From Bdellovibrionales bacterium (GTDB lineage: Bacteria > Bdellovibrionota > Bdellovibrionia > Bdellovibrionales > DASUEL01), in assembly GCA_050250255.1 (NCBI GenBank), contig JBFWOZ010000007.1, positions 9,200 to 73,199 on the forward strand: a DNA stretch of 64,000 bases. Reading direction: 5' to 3'. Shown here in pieces: positions 23,734 through 34,412 of the stretch (position 1 is the first letter of the stretch; each line of letters starts with the position of its first letter). The notes under the pieces were generated by a model. It saw only the letters and a program-made list of their open reading frames with translations. It searched no databases and was not told the origin of the DNA. The position numbers were made by a program, and so were the translations under genes.

Positions 23734-24831
23734 ATGGTGATCGCTCATGTATTTGCAAGTACCAGCTGGGGAGGGGCGGAAATCTACTCCCTTGAGCTCG
23801 CAGAAGCTCAAAAAAAAGCGGGTCTCAACATTCTTTTTTGGGCTACGCCAGGCTCCCGTCTGTGGGAAGAAGCAAGGGCAAGGGGTCTAGAGGTTATCGA
23901 TCAACCTTTACCACCGCGCATTGATTTCTTCTCGCTTCGTAAAATCAAAAAAATCCTCGAAATTCATTCCATTTCGCATGTCCATCTGCACTGGTCGGGA
24001 GGGCTTTGGACCTTCGCACTCATTAAAAAATGGTTTTCGTTTCGTCTGATTTACCACGTTCATCTTTGGATGAAGCATAAAAAACGAGATCCTCTCCATT
24101 GGCAGCTCTATAAATCGATTGATCACATTGTTGTCGCTGGTCAACGAGCAAGAGAGGCCGTCTTAAGATGTTTGCCGGTGAAGGGGAATCAAATTTTTGT
24201 ATGTCCTTATGCGCGCCATTTTTCTCACAAGCAAGATCCTACAATTACGCGTTCTGCTTTACAGATTCCTGAGGAGAAATTGGTTTTTGGTATTTTTGCG
24301 CGGCTCGATCGACAAAAAGGAATTTTAGAATTTTTAGAAGCTCTTAAGACAATACAATCTCACAACAACAATAAACTTTTTTTCGCACTCGTTGTGGGAG
24401 ACCCTACGGCGGGAGAGCAAGATGCTGAGAAATATCAAATGGAACTTCAGGGTTTTGCGAGGGCCTATCTACAAGGGCAGATCAAATTTCTTCCACATCA
24501 AAAAGATTATTTAAGCTTTATGAATCTCTGTGATGTGTTGGTGGCACCGAGCTATCATGAATCCTATTCCCTCGTTTTTCTGGATGCTTTTTATCTCGGA
24601 AAACCGGTCATCTCTACAAATGCGGGCGGTACGCCTGATCTCGTCACTCAAAAGCGTGGCTGGCTTGTTCCTCCGCAAAACACGGAGTTTTTAGTTCAGA
24701 CATTACAAGTCGTTGTGGAGCAACCAGAAATCATTCAGCAAAAGGGTCAAGCGGCTCAAGAGTATGTTGTGGCCGAACACTCTTTCGAAAAAGTGTTGGA
24801 ACAACTTAATTTCCTCTACGCAAAAGAGTGA
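23734..24831 (+). CDS. glycosyltransferase family 4 (GT-B, group 1)
   Basis: 365 aa. The C-terminal half has PSYHESYSLVFLDAFYLGKPVISTNAGGTPDLV, an EX7E-type GT4 motif region. Confidence 0.7.
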   Translation: MVIAHVFASTSWGGAEIYSLELAEAQKKAGLNILFWATPGSRLWEEARARGLEVIDQPLPPRIDFFSLRKIKKILEIHSISHVHLHWSGGLWTFALIKKWFSFRLIYHVHLWMKHKKRDPLHWQLYKSIDHIVVAGQRAREAVLRCLPVKGNQIFVCPYARHFSHKQDPTITRSALQIPEEKLVFGIFARLDRQKGILEFLEALKTIQSHNNNKLFFALVVGDPTAGEQDAEKYQMELQGFARAYLQGQIKFLPHQKDYLSFMNLCDVLVAPSYHESYSLVFLDAFYLGKPVISTNAGGTPDLVTQKRGWLVPPQNTEFLVQTLQVVVEQPEIIQQKGQAAQEYVVAEHSFEKVLEQLNFLYAKE

Positions 24832-25589
24832 TGGAGCCAGCCTTTTTCTTGAGCAATGCCCTTGAGTCTTGCTTCGGTCGCGACGTTGACTTCGCCAGGA
24901 AGCGCAGACGCTACGGCGAGAGGTGCGGTGCTTGCGGTTTCGACGAGATGAGCATCATGAGTGGTATTTCCAGAAGCTAAAATGGGTCGCACCCCTTTTG
25001 TTCTTTCAAGGAGCACGGTCGCTTTTCCAGCATCGACAGAGAGTGGGTAGACACCCTGATCGGTAAGCACGCCGCCTTCTTCTGTGACCTCAATACCCAG
25101 GACATGACCCGCATCAATCCCCATACTTTTCGCAAAAGGTTCAACCGCCCACTTGATCGATGCAGTCACAACAAAGACTTCTACTTTTTTGTCCTGCAAA
25201 TAAGCAATCAACTCTCTTTGGCTTTCGTGTACGGGAAAATGAGTCGTAGTTTCAAAACATTTCTGAGCTTTTTGTCGAACCTCAGTGAGTTTTAAGCCCT
25301 TATTGATTTGTGCCAGGAGGAGACAGCTTGCAGGCACATCTACTTTTTTTACCGCACAGTAATGGTCCCATGGATCGCCGGTCATTTCTGGTGGTCGATA
25401 GGGAATGCCTTCCTTAATTTGGTATCGAAAAAAAGTTTCTCCGGCATCGAGAGGCCAAAGTGTGCCGTCAGCATCAAAAGCCGCATAATGGGGACCTGGC
25501 TGGCGCAGAGCTTGATCGACTCGCGATTTGATGTTGGACCAGAGTTCTTTGGAGAAGCTTTTGTAGGCATAGGTTTTCTGTGGAATCAT
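24816..25589 (-). CDS. HAD-superfamily hydrolase (subfamily IB-like)
   Basis: AAFDADGTLW is the DxDxT motif I. VVTAS is motif II-like. Start taken at ATG 25589 (MIPQKTYAY); the ORF track starts at 25640. Confidence 0.6.
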   Translation of the reverse strand: MIPQKTYAYKSFSKELWSNIKSRVDQALRQPGPHYAAFDADGTLWPLDAGETFFRYQIKEGIPYRPPEMTGDPWDHYCAVKKVDVPASCLLLAQINKGLKLTEVRQKAQKCFETTTHFPVHESQRELIAYLQDKKVEVFVVTASIKWAVEPFAKSMGIDAGHVLGIEVTEEGGVLTDQGVYPLSVDAGKATVLLERTKGVRPILASGNTTHDAHLVETASTAPLAVASALPGEVNVATEARLKGIAQEKGWLHHSFA

Positions 25590-25624
25590 ATGGACAATTA
25601 TGTATGATGACCAAAAGGAATTCA

Positions 25625-26080
25625 ATGACGTTTGATGCACGGGTCGTCGACATTTCGGAAACAGATGAAATCTTTGAGTTCGAGCAAAAAAGACTCGAAA
25701 CCAGCGTTGAAGACGAACAACTCAGAATGATTTTATCGTGGCAGGCACCTTGGCGAAAGGAGTCTCTAGAATTTTATTTGCCAAAGGGATGGTGCTTTGC
25801 AGTTCGGCAAAACGAACAATTGGTGGGTTATTTTTTAGCTCAGCCCGTTTTATTTTTCCGCCAGATGACACAAACTTTATGGCTGGAACATGTGACTTTT
25901 GATTCTAAAGAGGCGGGGGATTATCTTCTTGAGCTTGCGTTTAAAACGGCTCGTGAAAAACACATACAGTCCGTACTCGTTTCTCCACAAGAGGAATTGA
26001 TTCCCCTTCTTCAGGCGCGTGGAGCAAAACCCGTTAGTGATTTGTACTACGAATTTCAATCCACAAAAATTGCAAAGTAG
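25625..26080 (+). CDS. hypothetical protein, possibly GNAT-fold
   Basis: About 150 aa. The beta-alpha pattern around QLVGYFLAQ...LLELAFKTAREKHIQSVLV is GNAT-like, but I cannot see a clear acetyl-CoA motif. Confidence 0.35.
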   Translation: MTFDARVVDISETDEIFEFEQKRLETSVEDEQLRMILSWQAPWRKESLEFYLPKGWCFAVRQNEQLVGYFLAQPVLFFRQMTQTLWLEHVTFDSKEAGDYLLELAFKTAREKHIQSVLVSPQEELIPLLQARGAKPVSDLYYEFQSTKIAK

Positions 26081-26089
26081 GAATACGGC

Positions 26090-27733
26090 ATGAAAGAATT
26101 TTCGAGCCAAACTCGTAGTGAAAACCTCCAGAAACTTTCTGAAGAAAATTTTGATTTGTTGATTATTGGCGGTGGGATCACGGGTACGGGTGCCGCACGA
26201 GATGCTGCGAGCCGAGGCTTAAAGGTTGCGCTCATCGACGGCCAAGATTTTGCCTCGGGCGCGAGCTCACGATCGAGCAAACTCATTCATGGTGGTATTC
26301 GTTATCTCGAAAACTATGAATTTCATTTAGTTTTTGAAGCACTTAATGAGCGACAACGTTTATTTCACATCGCCCCTCATCTCGTTCATCCTCTGAAGTT
26401 TGTTCTCCCGCTCTATGAGGGGGACCGCGTCACTCCATTTCTCATGGGAATTGGAATGTGGCTTTATGATGCGCTCGCACTGTTTGATGTGCCAATGCTC
26501 CATTACTTTATGGGCCCTCGAAGTACGAAACGTGAGATTCCAAGTCTGCAAACAGATGGTTTAAAGGGTTCTTATGTCTATTCTGATGCGTACATGGATG
26601 ACGATCGACTCGTGATCGAAACCTTGCGCTCGGCTCATCAGTGGGGAGCCACAGCGGTGAACTACACCAAAGCGATCGGTGTAGAAATGCAAAATGGAAA
26701 AGTGGTGGCCGTTGATTGTCGCGATGAAAAAACAAAAAACACTTTTAAGATCAGAGCCAAACATTTTATTTCGACTGTAGGTCCGTGGACCGATATTTTA
26801 GGTCAGGATTTACTCAAAGATTGGAAAAAGCTTCTTCGACCAACAAAGGGAATTCATCTCACGTTTGAACAACATCGCTTTCCTTTGAAAGATGCCGTGG
26901 TTATGTCCACTCGAAATGATAAGCGCATTGTTTTTGGAATTCCTCGCCACGATATGGTGATTGTTGGAACGACAGACACCGCCTACCAAGAGCATCCAGA
27001 AAAAGTTTCGGCGACACGAGAAGATGTCGAATACCTTCTTAAAATTGTGAATAGTTATTTCCCTGGTGCAAAGCTCACCACAAAAGACATCGTAGCAAGT
27101 TACGCAGGCGTTCGTCCGCTCATTGATGACGGCGCCGAGACCGAGAGTAAAACCAGTCGCGAACATCTCATCAAAAGTGATCCACGCAACATCACATTTG
27201 TGGCGGGCGGGAAATACACAACCTACCGCTACATGTCGCAGCAGACGATCGATGCAGCACTTGAAAACTTTGATCACGAAACTCGAAGTCGTTTGCAAAA
27301 GAGTCAAACCGAGTTGCCGCTCAATCCTGCCGCGAGCACGGACAATATCTGGAGAAGTTTGCGAGAAGTGGACGGGCTTGCTCAAGAATATGGACTCAAA
27401 CCTTCGAGCGTAGAATGGCTCATTCGTCGACACGGTTATGAAGCACAAAATCTTTTAGCAATAAAAACCGAGCAAGACCCTGATCTCGCCATTTGGCAAA
27501 TGGAGGTGATTCAAGCGGTACGATATACAATGTGTCTGCACCTATTGGATTTTTATGTTCGAAGAACTCCACTGATGTTGTCGCGAAGAGATCACGGCAT
27601 GGGACTCATCGATGCAATCGCTCAATATTTCAGCCAAGAGCTCGGCTGGTCTGAAAATCAAAAAAGAGCTGAAGTTGAATCGGTAAAACAGTTCATTCTC
27701 ACCGAATACCGCTGGCGCACCACGAAGTTCTAA
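26090..27733 (+). CDS. glpD: FAD-dependent glycerol-3-phosphate dehydrogenase
   Basis: DLLIIGGGITGTGAARDAASRGLKVALIDGQDFASGASSRSSKLIHGGIRYLE is the characteristic GlpD N-terminus. 547 aa. Confidence 0.85.
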   Translation: MKEFSSQTRSENLQKLSEENFDLLIIGGGITGTGAARDAASRGLKVALIDGQDFASGASSRSSKLIHGGIRYLENYEFHLVFEALNERQRLFHIAPHLVHPLKFVLPLYEGDRVTPFLMGIGMWLYDALALFDVPMLHYFMGPRSTKREIPSLQTDGLKGSYVYSDAYMDDDRLVIETLRSAHQWGATAVNYTKAIGVEMQNGKVVAVDCRDEKTKNTFKIRAKHFISTVGPWTDILGQDLLKDWKKLLRPTKGIHLTFEQHRFPLKDAVVMSTRNDKRIVFGIPRHDMVIVGTTDTAYQEHPEKVSATREDVEYLLKIVNSYFPGAKLTTKDIVASYAGVRPLIDDGAETESKTSREHLIKSDPRNITFVAGGKYTTYRYMSQQTIDAALENFDHETRSRLQKSQTELPLNPAASTDNIWRSLREVDGLAQEYGLKPSSVEWLIRRHGYEAQNLLAIKTEQDPDLAIWQMEVIQAVRYTMCLHLLDFYVRRTPLMLSRRDHGMGLIDAIAQYFSQELGWSENQKRAEVESVKQFILTEYRWRTTKF

Positions 27734-27789
27734 AAGGTACGGACACACTTTTGGGACTTGGTGCGTCCCAAAAGTGTGTCCGTACCTTT
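27733..27789. terminator. perfect 25-bp stem / 7-nt loop hairpin exactly filling the gap between convergent genes
   Basis: aaaggtacggacacacttttgggac (27733-27757) is the exact reverse complement of 27765-27789. Each arm overlaps the adjacent stop codon by 1-2 nt. Confidence 0.7.
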
Positions 27790-28057
27790 ATAGAAATTTG
27801 ATGACTGTCGCGGCAGCTGCGATCGCTATGGTGACAATTGTTCCAAGTTTAATAACGATTCGGTATTCTGATTGAAGCATTTTGTGTTCCAGTCGTTCTA
27901 CAGACACGTCTAATTTGACTTCGAGATTTTTGACATCTTGTTTGGTAGCCAAATCACCCTCCGTGATTTCAGTTATCACTTGCACGTGGGCTTCAGCTTG
28001 TTCTCTCGCAATCCCACTTGCTTCAAGAAGTTTAACATATTTCAAAGTATTGTTCAT
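27788..28057 (-). CDS. DUF1640-like coiled-coil protein with C-terminal membrane anchor
   Basis: Start at ATG 28057 is preceded by GGAGGT. MNNTLKYVKLLEASGIAREQAEAHV...LATKQDV resembles the DUF1640/CCDC90 family. The C-terminal TM is IVTIAIAAAATVIKFL. Confidence 0.55.
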   Translation of the reverse strand: MNNTLKYVKLLEASGIAREQAEAHVQVITEITEGDLATKQDVKNLEVKLDVSVERLEHKMLQSEYRIVIKLGTIVTIAIAAAATVIKFL

Positions 28058-28188
28058 AGTGACCTCCAATGATAGGTACTGCTGCAATCTCTGTTGCGGT
28101 ATGGAGGTTGTGCTGCGTATGACTTGAAACAATTTTCAGGTCGATAGTCGTACATTGGAAGGAGCCTGTCTTAGACAGGCTCGAGAAG

Positions 28189-28647
28189 TTATGTACTCTT
28201 CAGGTTTTTGACGATCGAGGCGATCTTTGAAAGGCTTGAAACTCCGTGCATTGCGAGGAATTTCATGAAAGTGGCGCCGCCTTCTTTCACGATGCCGAGA
28301 TAGCCATTCATGGTGATGGACAGGACGCTGCCGGGAACTTTGATTCTGACTCCGCCCGCCATATATTCTTTCAGTACGGCAATACCGAATTCGCCGACAT
28401 CTTCACCGGGGTGTTGGCAGAGAATTTCTACCGTTTCGGGCTTCAGGTAGAAAATCACATCAGGTTTTTGCGCCGGTCGTTCTTCCAAAACGGGCTGTCC
28501 GTCACGGTGAAAATAGGCACATTCGATCTGATTGCCAATCACAACGCCCACTTCGACGTTTTTCTTCAGATGTTTCACGGATTTCTGGCTTGCAGGCTTG
28601 GATTCCAAAAAGGCTTTAAGTTTTTCGAAGGTAGTTGGAGCTGGCAT
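28189..28647 (-). CDS. hypothetical protein (possible SCP2-like fold)
   Basis: 152-aa ORF. The weak pattern DVIFYLKPETVEIL...GGVRIKVPGS is reminiscent of SCP2 domains. The function call is speculative. Confidence 0.4.
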   Translation of the reverse strand: MPAPTTFEKLKAFLESKPASQKSVKHLKKNVEVGVVIGNQIECAYFHRDGQPVLEERPAQKPDVIFYLKPETVEILCQHPGEDVGEFGIAVLKEYMAGGVRIKVPGSVLSITMNGYLGIVKEGGATFMKFLAMHGVSSLSKIASIVKNLKST

Positions 28648-28779
28648 AGAATCGACCTCGTTTCAGCGGTTTCTTAACAGGTGTTAGTGGGTACACCCAA
28701 ACCCCCTAGAGATCAACGGATCGCCACGACAATTTGCGCATAGCAATAGGACCCCCTCAAGAGATGGTAACTAATCGTA

Positions 28780-28809
28780 TTGACTCTTTTTTTGGCACCG
28801 CCGTAAGAT
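28780..28809 (+). promoter_or_regulatory. candidate sigma70-type promoter of mreB
   Basis: TTGACT (28780-28785), 18-nt spacer, TAAGAT (28804-28809), about 45 nt upstream of the mreB GTG. Confidence 0.35.
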
Positions 28810-28814
28810 TGTAG

Positions 28815-29897
<1,083 letters not shown>

Positions 29898-29900
29898 AAA

Positions 29901-30365
29901 ATGATCAACGAAACACAGATGAAATCTGTGGCACTCTTCTTTTTCTATGCATTTATGGAAGAGTCTGTGGCAACGGCGGCGATTAGCAAATCTTTACGAA
30001 AAATCGAAAGATCCCTGAGAAAAGGCGACGGCTTTTCCTCTTTTTCTTCCGCTTCCGTTTACTGGACAGAAAAAGTGTGGAGTCGTTATAACAAGAAAAA
30101 ACAATTTGTAAACCTTGGACTCGAGCGCATGTTTTCTCTGCCCAAAGATGTCGAACTAGAACCATGGAAACAACTACAAAAAGATGTGCTCCCTGAAGAG
30201 TATTTGGCGGCTATCTGGACTGGTCTGCTTCAATATCCTCCGCAAGATATCGCAGAAGGTTTGGGTGTTAGTGTCGGCACGGTTCAACATCGTTCAGGTA
30301 TAGCTCTTAAAAAATTAGGTCTCTTACTCCAATCAGGAAAGCTTCATGCCAAAAAGAGAACTTAG
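29901..30365 (+). CDS. truncated ECF-like sigma factor (clear region 4, degenerate region 2)
   Basis: 154 aa. LPEEYLAAIWTGLLQYPPQDIAEGLGVSVGTVQHRSGIALKKLG is a sigma70 region 4.2 HTH. The N-terminal half lacks a recognisable region 2. It starts 3 nt after the mreB stop. Confidence 0.55.
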   Translation: MINETQMKSVALFFFYAFMEESVATAAISKSLRKIERSLRKGDGFSSFSSASVYWTEKVWSRYNKKKQFVNLGLERMFSLPKDVELEPWKQLQKDVLPEEYLAAIWTGLLQYPPQDIAEGLGVSVGTVQHRSGIALKKLGLLLQSGKLHAKKRT

Positions 30366-31428
30366 TTGCTTTCTATGCCGCGAACTCCTCTATGAATTCG
30401 TGACGGGGACAATCGATAGTCGCCGCCGTCAAGCGGTGCAAGAGCATTTAGAAACCTGTCCTGAATGCAAAAAAGAACAAGACACTTTCAATCAGGGTCT
30501 CACTTATTTGAAAGAACTGGGTCAGGCTAAAATTCATCCGAATTATCTTAAAGAAATTTCTGAACCAGAACCATTTCCAAAACGAATTCTCAAAAAGATC
30601 GGGTGGCATAAGTGGCCAGATCCGGTGAGATGGACTGTAGAAAGTGTTGTTGTCGGTTCTGTGCTAGCAGTATTGATCGGAGTGGTATCTCAAAAATTTC
30701 TTTTCAACTCCGAGAACAATGAGGCGGCTCTTTACACAGATACTGAAAATCCAGTAGAAGTCGCACAGCAGGTTCCAGAAACACCTTCCGATCAATTACA
30801 GGGTAATGAAAACGGTGAAAATCCCTATACAGGAAGTGATGAAGAATACTCTCCTGAGGTGGAGACGACTCCTGCTGCAAAAGTGGAAACTTCACTGCCC
30901 CCAGCGTCGACACCATCAGCTCCCGTTGCTAAGAGTGAAGCAGTGGCTAAAGCTCCGACGGTGACAGAGCCAAAATCCGACGGCTTTCTCTACCGTGGCA
31001 GCATGTATATTCAAGAGGTGGGTGCGGCAACTCCTTCTGTCGTGAAAAAAATTATTTCTCTTGGCGGAAAAAGAGCAGGGGAAGTGGAGCTGGGTTGGAA
31101 ACAACCTGGAGGAAGCTACTTCCACTTTTCTATGCCGGAAAAAGAGTTGAATGCTCTCTTGGAACATTTAAAACAGTATGGAAAATTAAACCTCGTAAAA
31201 GAAAAAAATCGTCGGGTCATGCCGTCAGGAACAATTCGTATCATTTTAAATTTGAATGGTCCTCGAGGAGACGCTACAGTTCCGATGACAAATCCTGAAC
31301 CTTCTAATCCTTCAGAGCCTTCTGAAAGTGCGGTTCCTGTGCCAACGCCGGCGTCGGATGTGCCCGTACCTCCAGCGGTTCCAGTGGAAGAGGCAACTCC
31401 TGAAGCAAATGTAGAGGAGGCCCAGTGA
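30346..31428 (+). CDS. anti-sigma factor, zf-HC2 type, single-pass membrane protein with Pro-rich periplasmic part
   Basis: The N-terminus CFLCRELLYEFVTG...HLETCPECKKE is the H-x3-C-x2-C putative zinc finger. TM is VVVGSVLAVLIGVV. It overlaps the sigma-like gene by 20 nt. Confidence 0.6.
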   Translation: MPKRELSCFLCRELLYEFVTGTIDSRRRQAVQEHLETCPECKKEQDTFNQGLTYLKELGQAKIHPNYLKEISEPEPFPKRILKKIGWHKWPDPVRWTVESVVVGSVLAVLIGVVSQKFLFNSENNEAALYTDTENPVEVAQQVPETPSDQLQGNENGENPYTGSDEEYSPEVETTPAAKVETSLPPASTPSAPVAKSEAVAKAPTVTEPKSDGFLYRGSMYIQEVGAATPSVVKKIISLGGKRAGEVELGWKQPGGSYFHFSMPEKELNALLEHLKQYGKLNLVKEKNRRVMPSGTIRIILNLNGPRGDATVPMTNPEPSNPSEPSESAVPVPTPASDVPVPPAVPVEEATPEANVEEAQ

Positions 31429-33356
31429 GATCCGCAAGAAAATCAAAACGTTCTCTCCGAAGCGCATTGATGTTTTCTTATTTGCTCTTTTCAATCGCAC
31501 CGCTCGCATTTATTACCGCTTACTCGCTCGCAATCTATCAGGGAGCTATTAACGATGAATTGAAAAAGCGTCTGGATGGCAATGCTCGTGAGATCAGTGT
31601 GATTATTACGGAATGGGAACAGCACTTACTTTCCTATGGAAGGATTCACGCGTCAGAACCAAGTTTAATCTACGATCTCTCTACTAGTTCGACATCACGA
31701 TCAAAAACTTTGCTAGAAGGTTGGCTGCGCACTTATATTGCGAATCGAATTTCAGTGTTTGATGACGAAGGGGCCCTTGTTATTTCTAGTACCAGAGTCG
31801 GTCCAGGAAAAGTACAGACAGTGGCCAGCTCTTCTGATCAAGAAGTCTTGTTAAACACGAACATTCTGAGCACACTCAAAAATAAGGACCAAATGAGTGT
31901 GCGTGACCCACGTCCTAGCGAAAATCTAGAATTAGTTGTTTATACGAAGATCATGAACAAAAAGGGTGGAGTTGCTGGTTATCTTGAAGAGCTCATCGTG
32001 ATCGATCAAAATTTTCTTTCCAATTTAAAAAATCGACTGAAGCTTGAGGTGATTTTGCTTAATGAACAGGGACAAGTCTCCGTTTCTAGCCAAAAAGACT
32101 TTTCACTCTACTCCCAATCGTTTTTCCAAGAGCGTATGGATCAGGAGAAAATTGGTTTTTTTGATCACACGATTCGTGATGAGCCTTATGGATTTATCAT
32201 TCGTCCTTTGCAAAGTTCTGGCGGAAAAATTCTTATCGCACTTGGTGCCTCTAAAAAAGACTCTCAGCAAGTCTTGAGGCGTATTGCGGTAGCCATGTTT
32301 TCTGTCTCGGGCGTTCTTATTTTACTTCTGTTCCCTACGCTTTTTTGGATTTCCCGCATGATCTTAAAACCATTAGATCAACTTGTTTCGGCAGCGCAAA
32401 AAATTGAAAGCGGCGAGGCGGTTCAAAAAATCCCAATTGAAAGTACGAGCGAAATATCGGTTTTAACTGATGCCTTCAACAATATGTCGCATAAGGTGAG
32501 CCAAGCTCGTAAAGAGCTCACGAATAAAATTGCAGAGTTAGAATTAACCAATAAAGAACTTCAAGAAACGCAAGCGCAGCTTGTTCATTCCAGCAAGATG
32601 GTGAGCCTTGGTCAGTTGGTAGCGGGTATTGCCCACGAACTTAACAATCCGATTGGTTTTATTTATTCGAATATGGCTCACTTGAAAGAGTATTCAGATA
32701 AACTCGTAAGCCTCATCGAAACGGCAGAAAAACACCCAGAAAATCTTCTTTCGGAAAAAAAGAAAGCCGAGTTTGATTACATTATCGAAGATTTACCACG
32801 TCTTATAAAAAGCTGTGAAGATGGGGCGCGCCGAACCCGCGACATCGTTATTGGATTACGTAATTTTTCTCGTCTGGATGAAGCACAAATTAAAGAAATG
32901 GATATCACGGAGAGTATCAAAAACACTTTGGATCTACTTACCGGTGAATTGAAAAATCGAATTGATGTAAAAACAGATTTCCAAAAACTCCCTCTCGTAA
33001 AATGTTACGTCAGTCAAATTAATCAAGTTTTTATGAACATCCTTACTAATGCCGCTCAGGCCGTTGAAGGCAAAGGAACGATTTGGATTAAAACATCACA
33101 AGAGGCTGACCAAATTCAAGTGAGTGTTCGTGATAGCGGTCAGGGAATCAGTGAAAAAAATCTCGAGAAGATATTTGACCCGTTTTTTACGACAAAACCT
33201 GTTGGTCAGGGAACCGGGCTTGGTCTAAGCATTTCTTTCGGCATTGTCAAAAAGCACGGCGGAGATATTACGGTTGAATCTGCTCCTGGAAAAGGAACAG
33301 AATTTGTAATCTGTCTCCCCATCAATCCTCATCTCGAGGAAATCGCGGCTGTTTAA
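31425..33356 (+). CDS. sensor histidine kinase (two TM helices, periplasmic sensor, HAMP, HisKA, HATPase_c)
   Basis: H-box is GIAHELNNPIGFI, N-box is NILTNAAQA, G-boxes are DSGQGI and GTGLGLSIS. GTGA overlap with the anti-sigma stop. There is no response regulator in the window. Confidence 0.8.
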   Translation: MRSARKSKRSLRSALMFSYLLFSIAPLAFITAYSLAIYQGAINDELKKRLDGNAREISVIITEWEQHLLSYGRIHASEPSLIYDLSTSSTSRSKTLLEGWLRTYIANRISVFDDEGALVISSTRVGPGKVQTVASSSDQEVLLNTNILSTLKNKDQMSVRDPRPSENLELVVYTKIMNKKGGVAGYLEELIVIDQNFLSNLKNRLKLEVILLNEQGQVSVSSQKDFSLYSQSFFQERMDQEKIGFFDHTIRDEPYGFIIRPLQSSGGKILIALGASKKDSQQVLRRIAVAMFSVSGVLILLLFPTLFWISRMILKPLDQLVSAAQKIESGEAVQKIPIESTSEISVLTDAFNNMSHKVSQARKELTNKIAELELTNKELQETQAQLVHSSKMVSLGQLVAGIAHELNNPIGFIYSNMAHLKEYSDKLVSLIETAEKHPENLLSEKKKAEFDYIIEDLPRLIKSCEDGARRTRDIVIGLRNFSRLDEAQIKEMDITESIKNTLDLLTGELKNRIDVKTDFQKLPLVKCYVSQINQVFMNILTNAAQAVEGKGTIWIKTSQEADQIQVSVRDSGQGISEKNLEKIFDPFFTTKPVGQGTGLGLSISFGIVKKHGGDITVESAPGKGTEFVICLPINPHLEEIAAV

Positions 33357-33775
33357 ATGATGTGGCCTCGATCTTTAAAGCTGTAATAAGTTTCTGTTGT
33401 TAGGACGAGATGATCTACGATAGGAATCTGCAAAAGTTGAGCCGCCTGAATGAGATTATCTGTGATTCGGACATCTTCGGAAGAAGGCTTACAATCGCCG
33501 GAAGGGTGGTTGTGCGCCACTAGTAAAGATGAAGCATTCTGCTGTATAGCAAAACGAAAAATATCTCGAGGATGAATAACGCAGCGATCGACGGTGCCTC
33601 GAAATATCATGCGACTTGCAAGCAAACATTTCTTGGAGCTAAGAGCTAAAACCCAAAACTCCTCCACATCTGAACTGATCTGGTTTTTAAGATATTGATA
33701 GGCGATTTGACTGGAAATAACGCTAATGGAACTCATACTATGTCTCCCACATGCAAAGTGGGAGATTCTCAGCAA
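33353..33775 (-). CDS. RadC-like JAB/MPN domain protein (short form)
   Basis: LVAHNHPSGDCKPSSEDVRITDNLIQAAQLLQIPIVDHLV contains the JAMM-like HxHPSG...S.xD motif of RadC C-terminal domains. It lacks the N-terminal HhH part. An alternative start is 33736. Confidence 0.65.
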   Translation of the reverse strand: MLRISHFACGRHSMSSISVISSQIAYQYLKNQISSDVEEFWVLALSSKKCLLASRMIFRGTVDRCVIHPRDIFRFAIQQNASSLLVAHNHPSGDCKPSSEDVRITDNLIQAAQLLQIPIVDHLVLTTETYYSFKDRGHII

Positions 33776-33804
33776 AAGCTTAAGCTAAAAAGTGAGCTTG
33801 AAAT

Positions 33805-34173
33805 TTATCGAGATTCGGATGGTTGATTCTGCTCTTCGTAAATTTGTTCTTGAATCAAAGCATCAGAATTTTTTGGTTTATAAGACTTTCGGAGCGAAGT
33901 GTCTTGAATGCCCGGCTCGGTTTGCATATTTACCCCGAAGCTGGAGTAGTCCGCTTGGTTTGTAAAGCTCGCCGACTGATCGATGTTCGGAGCAGAAAGA
34001 GAGTTGTCGACTTCGACTTTGTCTTTTTCGAGTTGCATTTTTTTGTGAGTGTAGGTCATGTGCTCATTCACAGACTTAAGAGATTTTTTAGGCGCCTGAT
34101 TCCGTGCCTCTACAAAAGAAGTCCGAGAAAACAGCAGTATCGTTATGAGACAAAATAGATTTTTGTAAGACAT
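33805..34173 (-). CDS. secreted hypothetical protein
   Basis: 122 aa with an N-terminal signal-like helix ITILLFSRTSFVEA. It is polar and low complexity with no recognised family. Confidence 0.4.
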   Translation of the reverse strand: MSYKNLFCLITILLFSRTSFVEARNQAPKKSLKSVNEHMTYTHKKMQLEKDKVEVDNSLSAPNIDQSASFTNQADYSSFGVNMQTEPGIQDTSLRKSYKPKNSDALIQEQIYEEQNQPSESR

Positions 34174-34412
34174 ACCCTTTTATTATAGCAAAAACGTTGC
34201 CTTTTCGAAAGCTAACCAGCCCTTTGGCAGCTGTTATGGCCTGTACATCTGGGCATATGTCGCACACCTCAAATCTTCGTCCCAAAATGTCTCAAGCCAT
34301 TTTATGTTGTGAGACATAATTGCAGCATTTTTAGGGTAGGGCGAGTTATAGGCGCCTTGAGAGCGGACCCCTTTTTGCTTCGTTAAAAGGCACAACTAGG
34401 AAGGAGACATCT

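Noticed and set aside
34280-34312. 8-bp inverted repeat atgtctca-N15-tgagacat upstream of the 34413 secreted-protein gene as an operator
   Set aside because: The stem is short, it occurs once, and no associated regulator is nearby. It is indistinguishable from chance.
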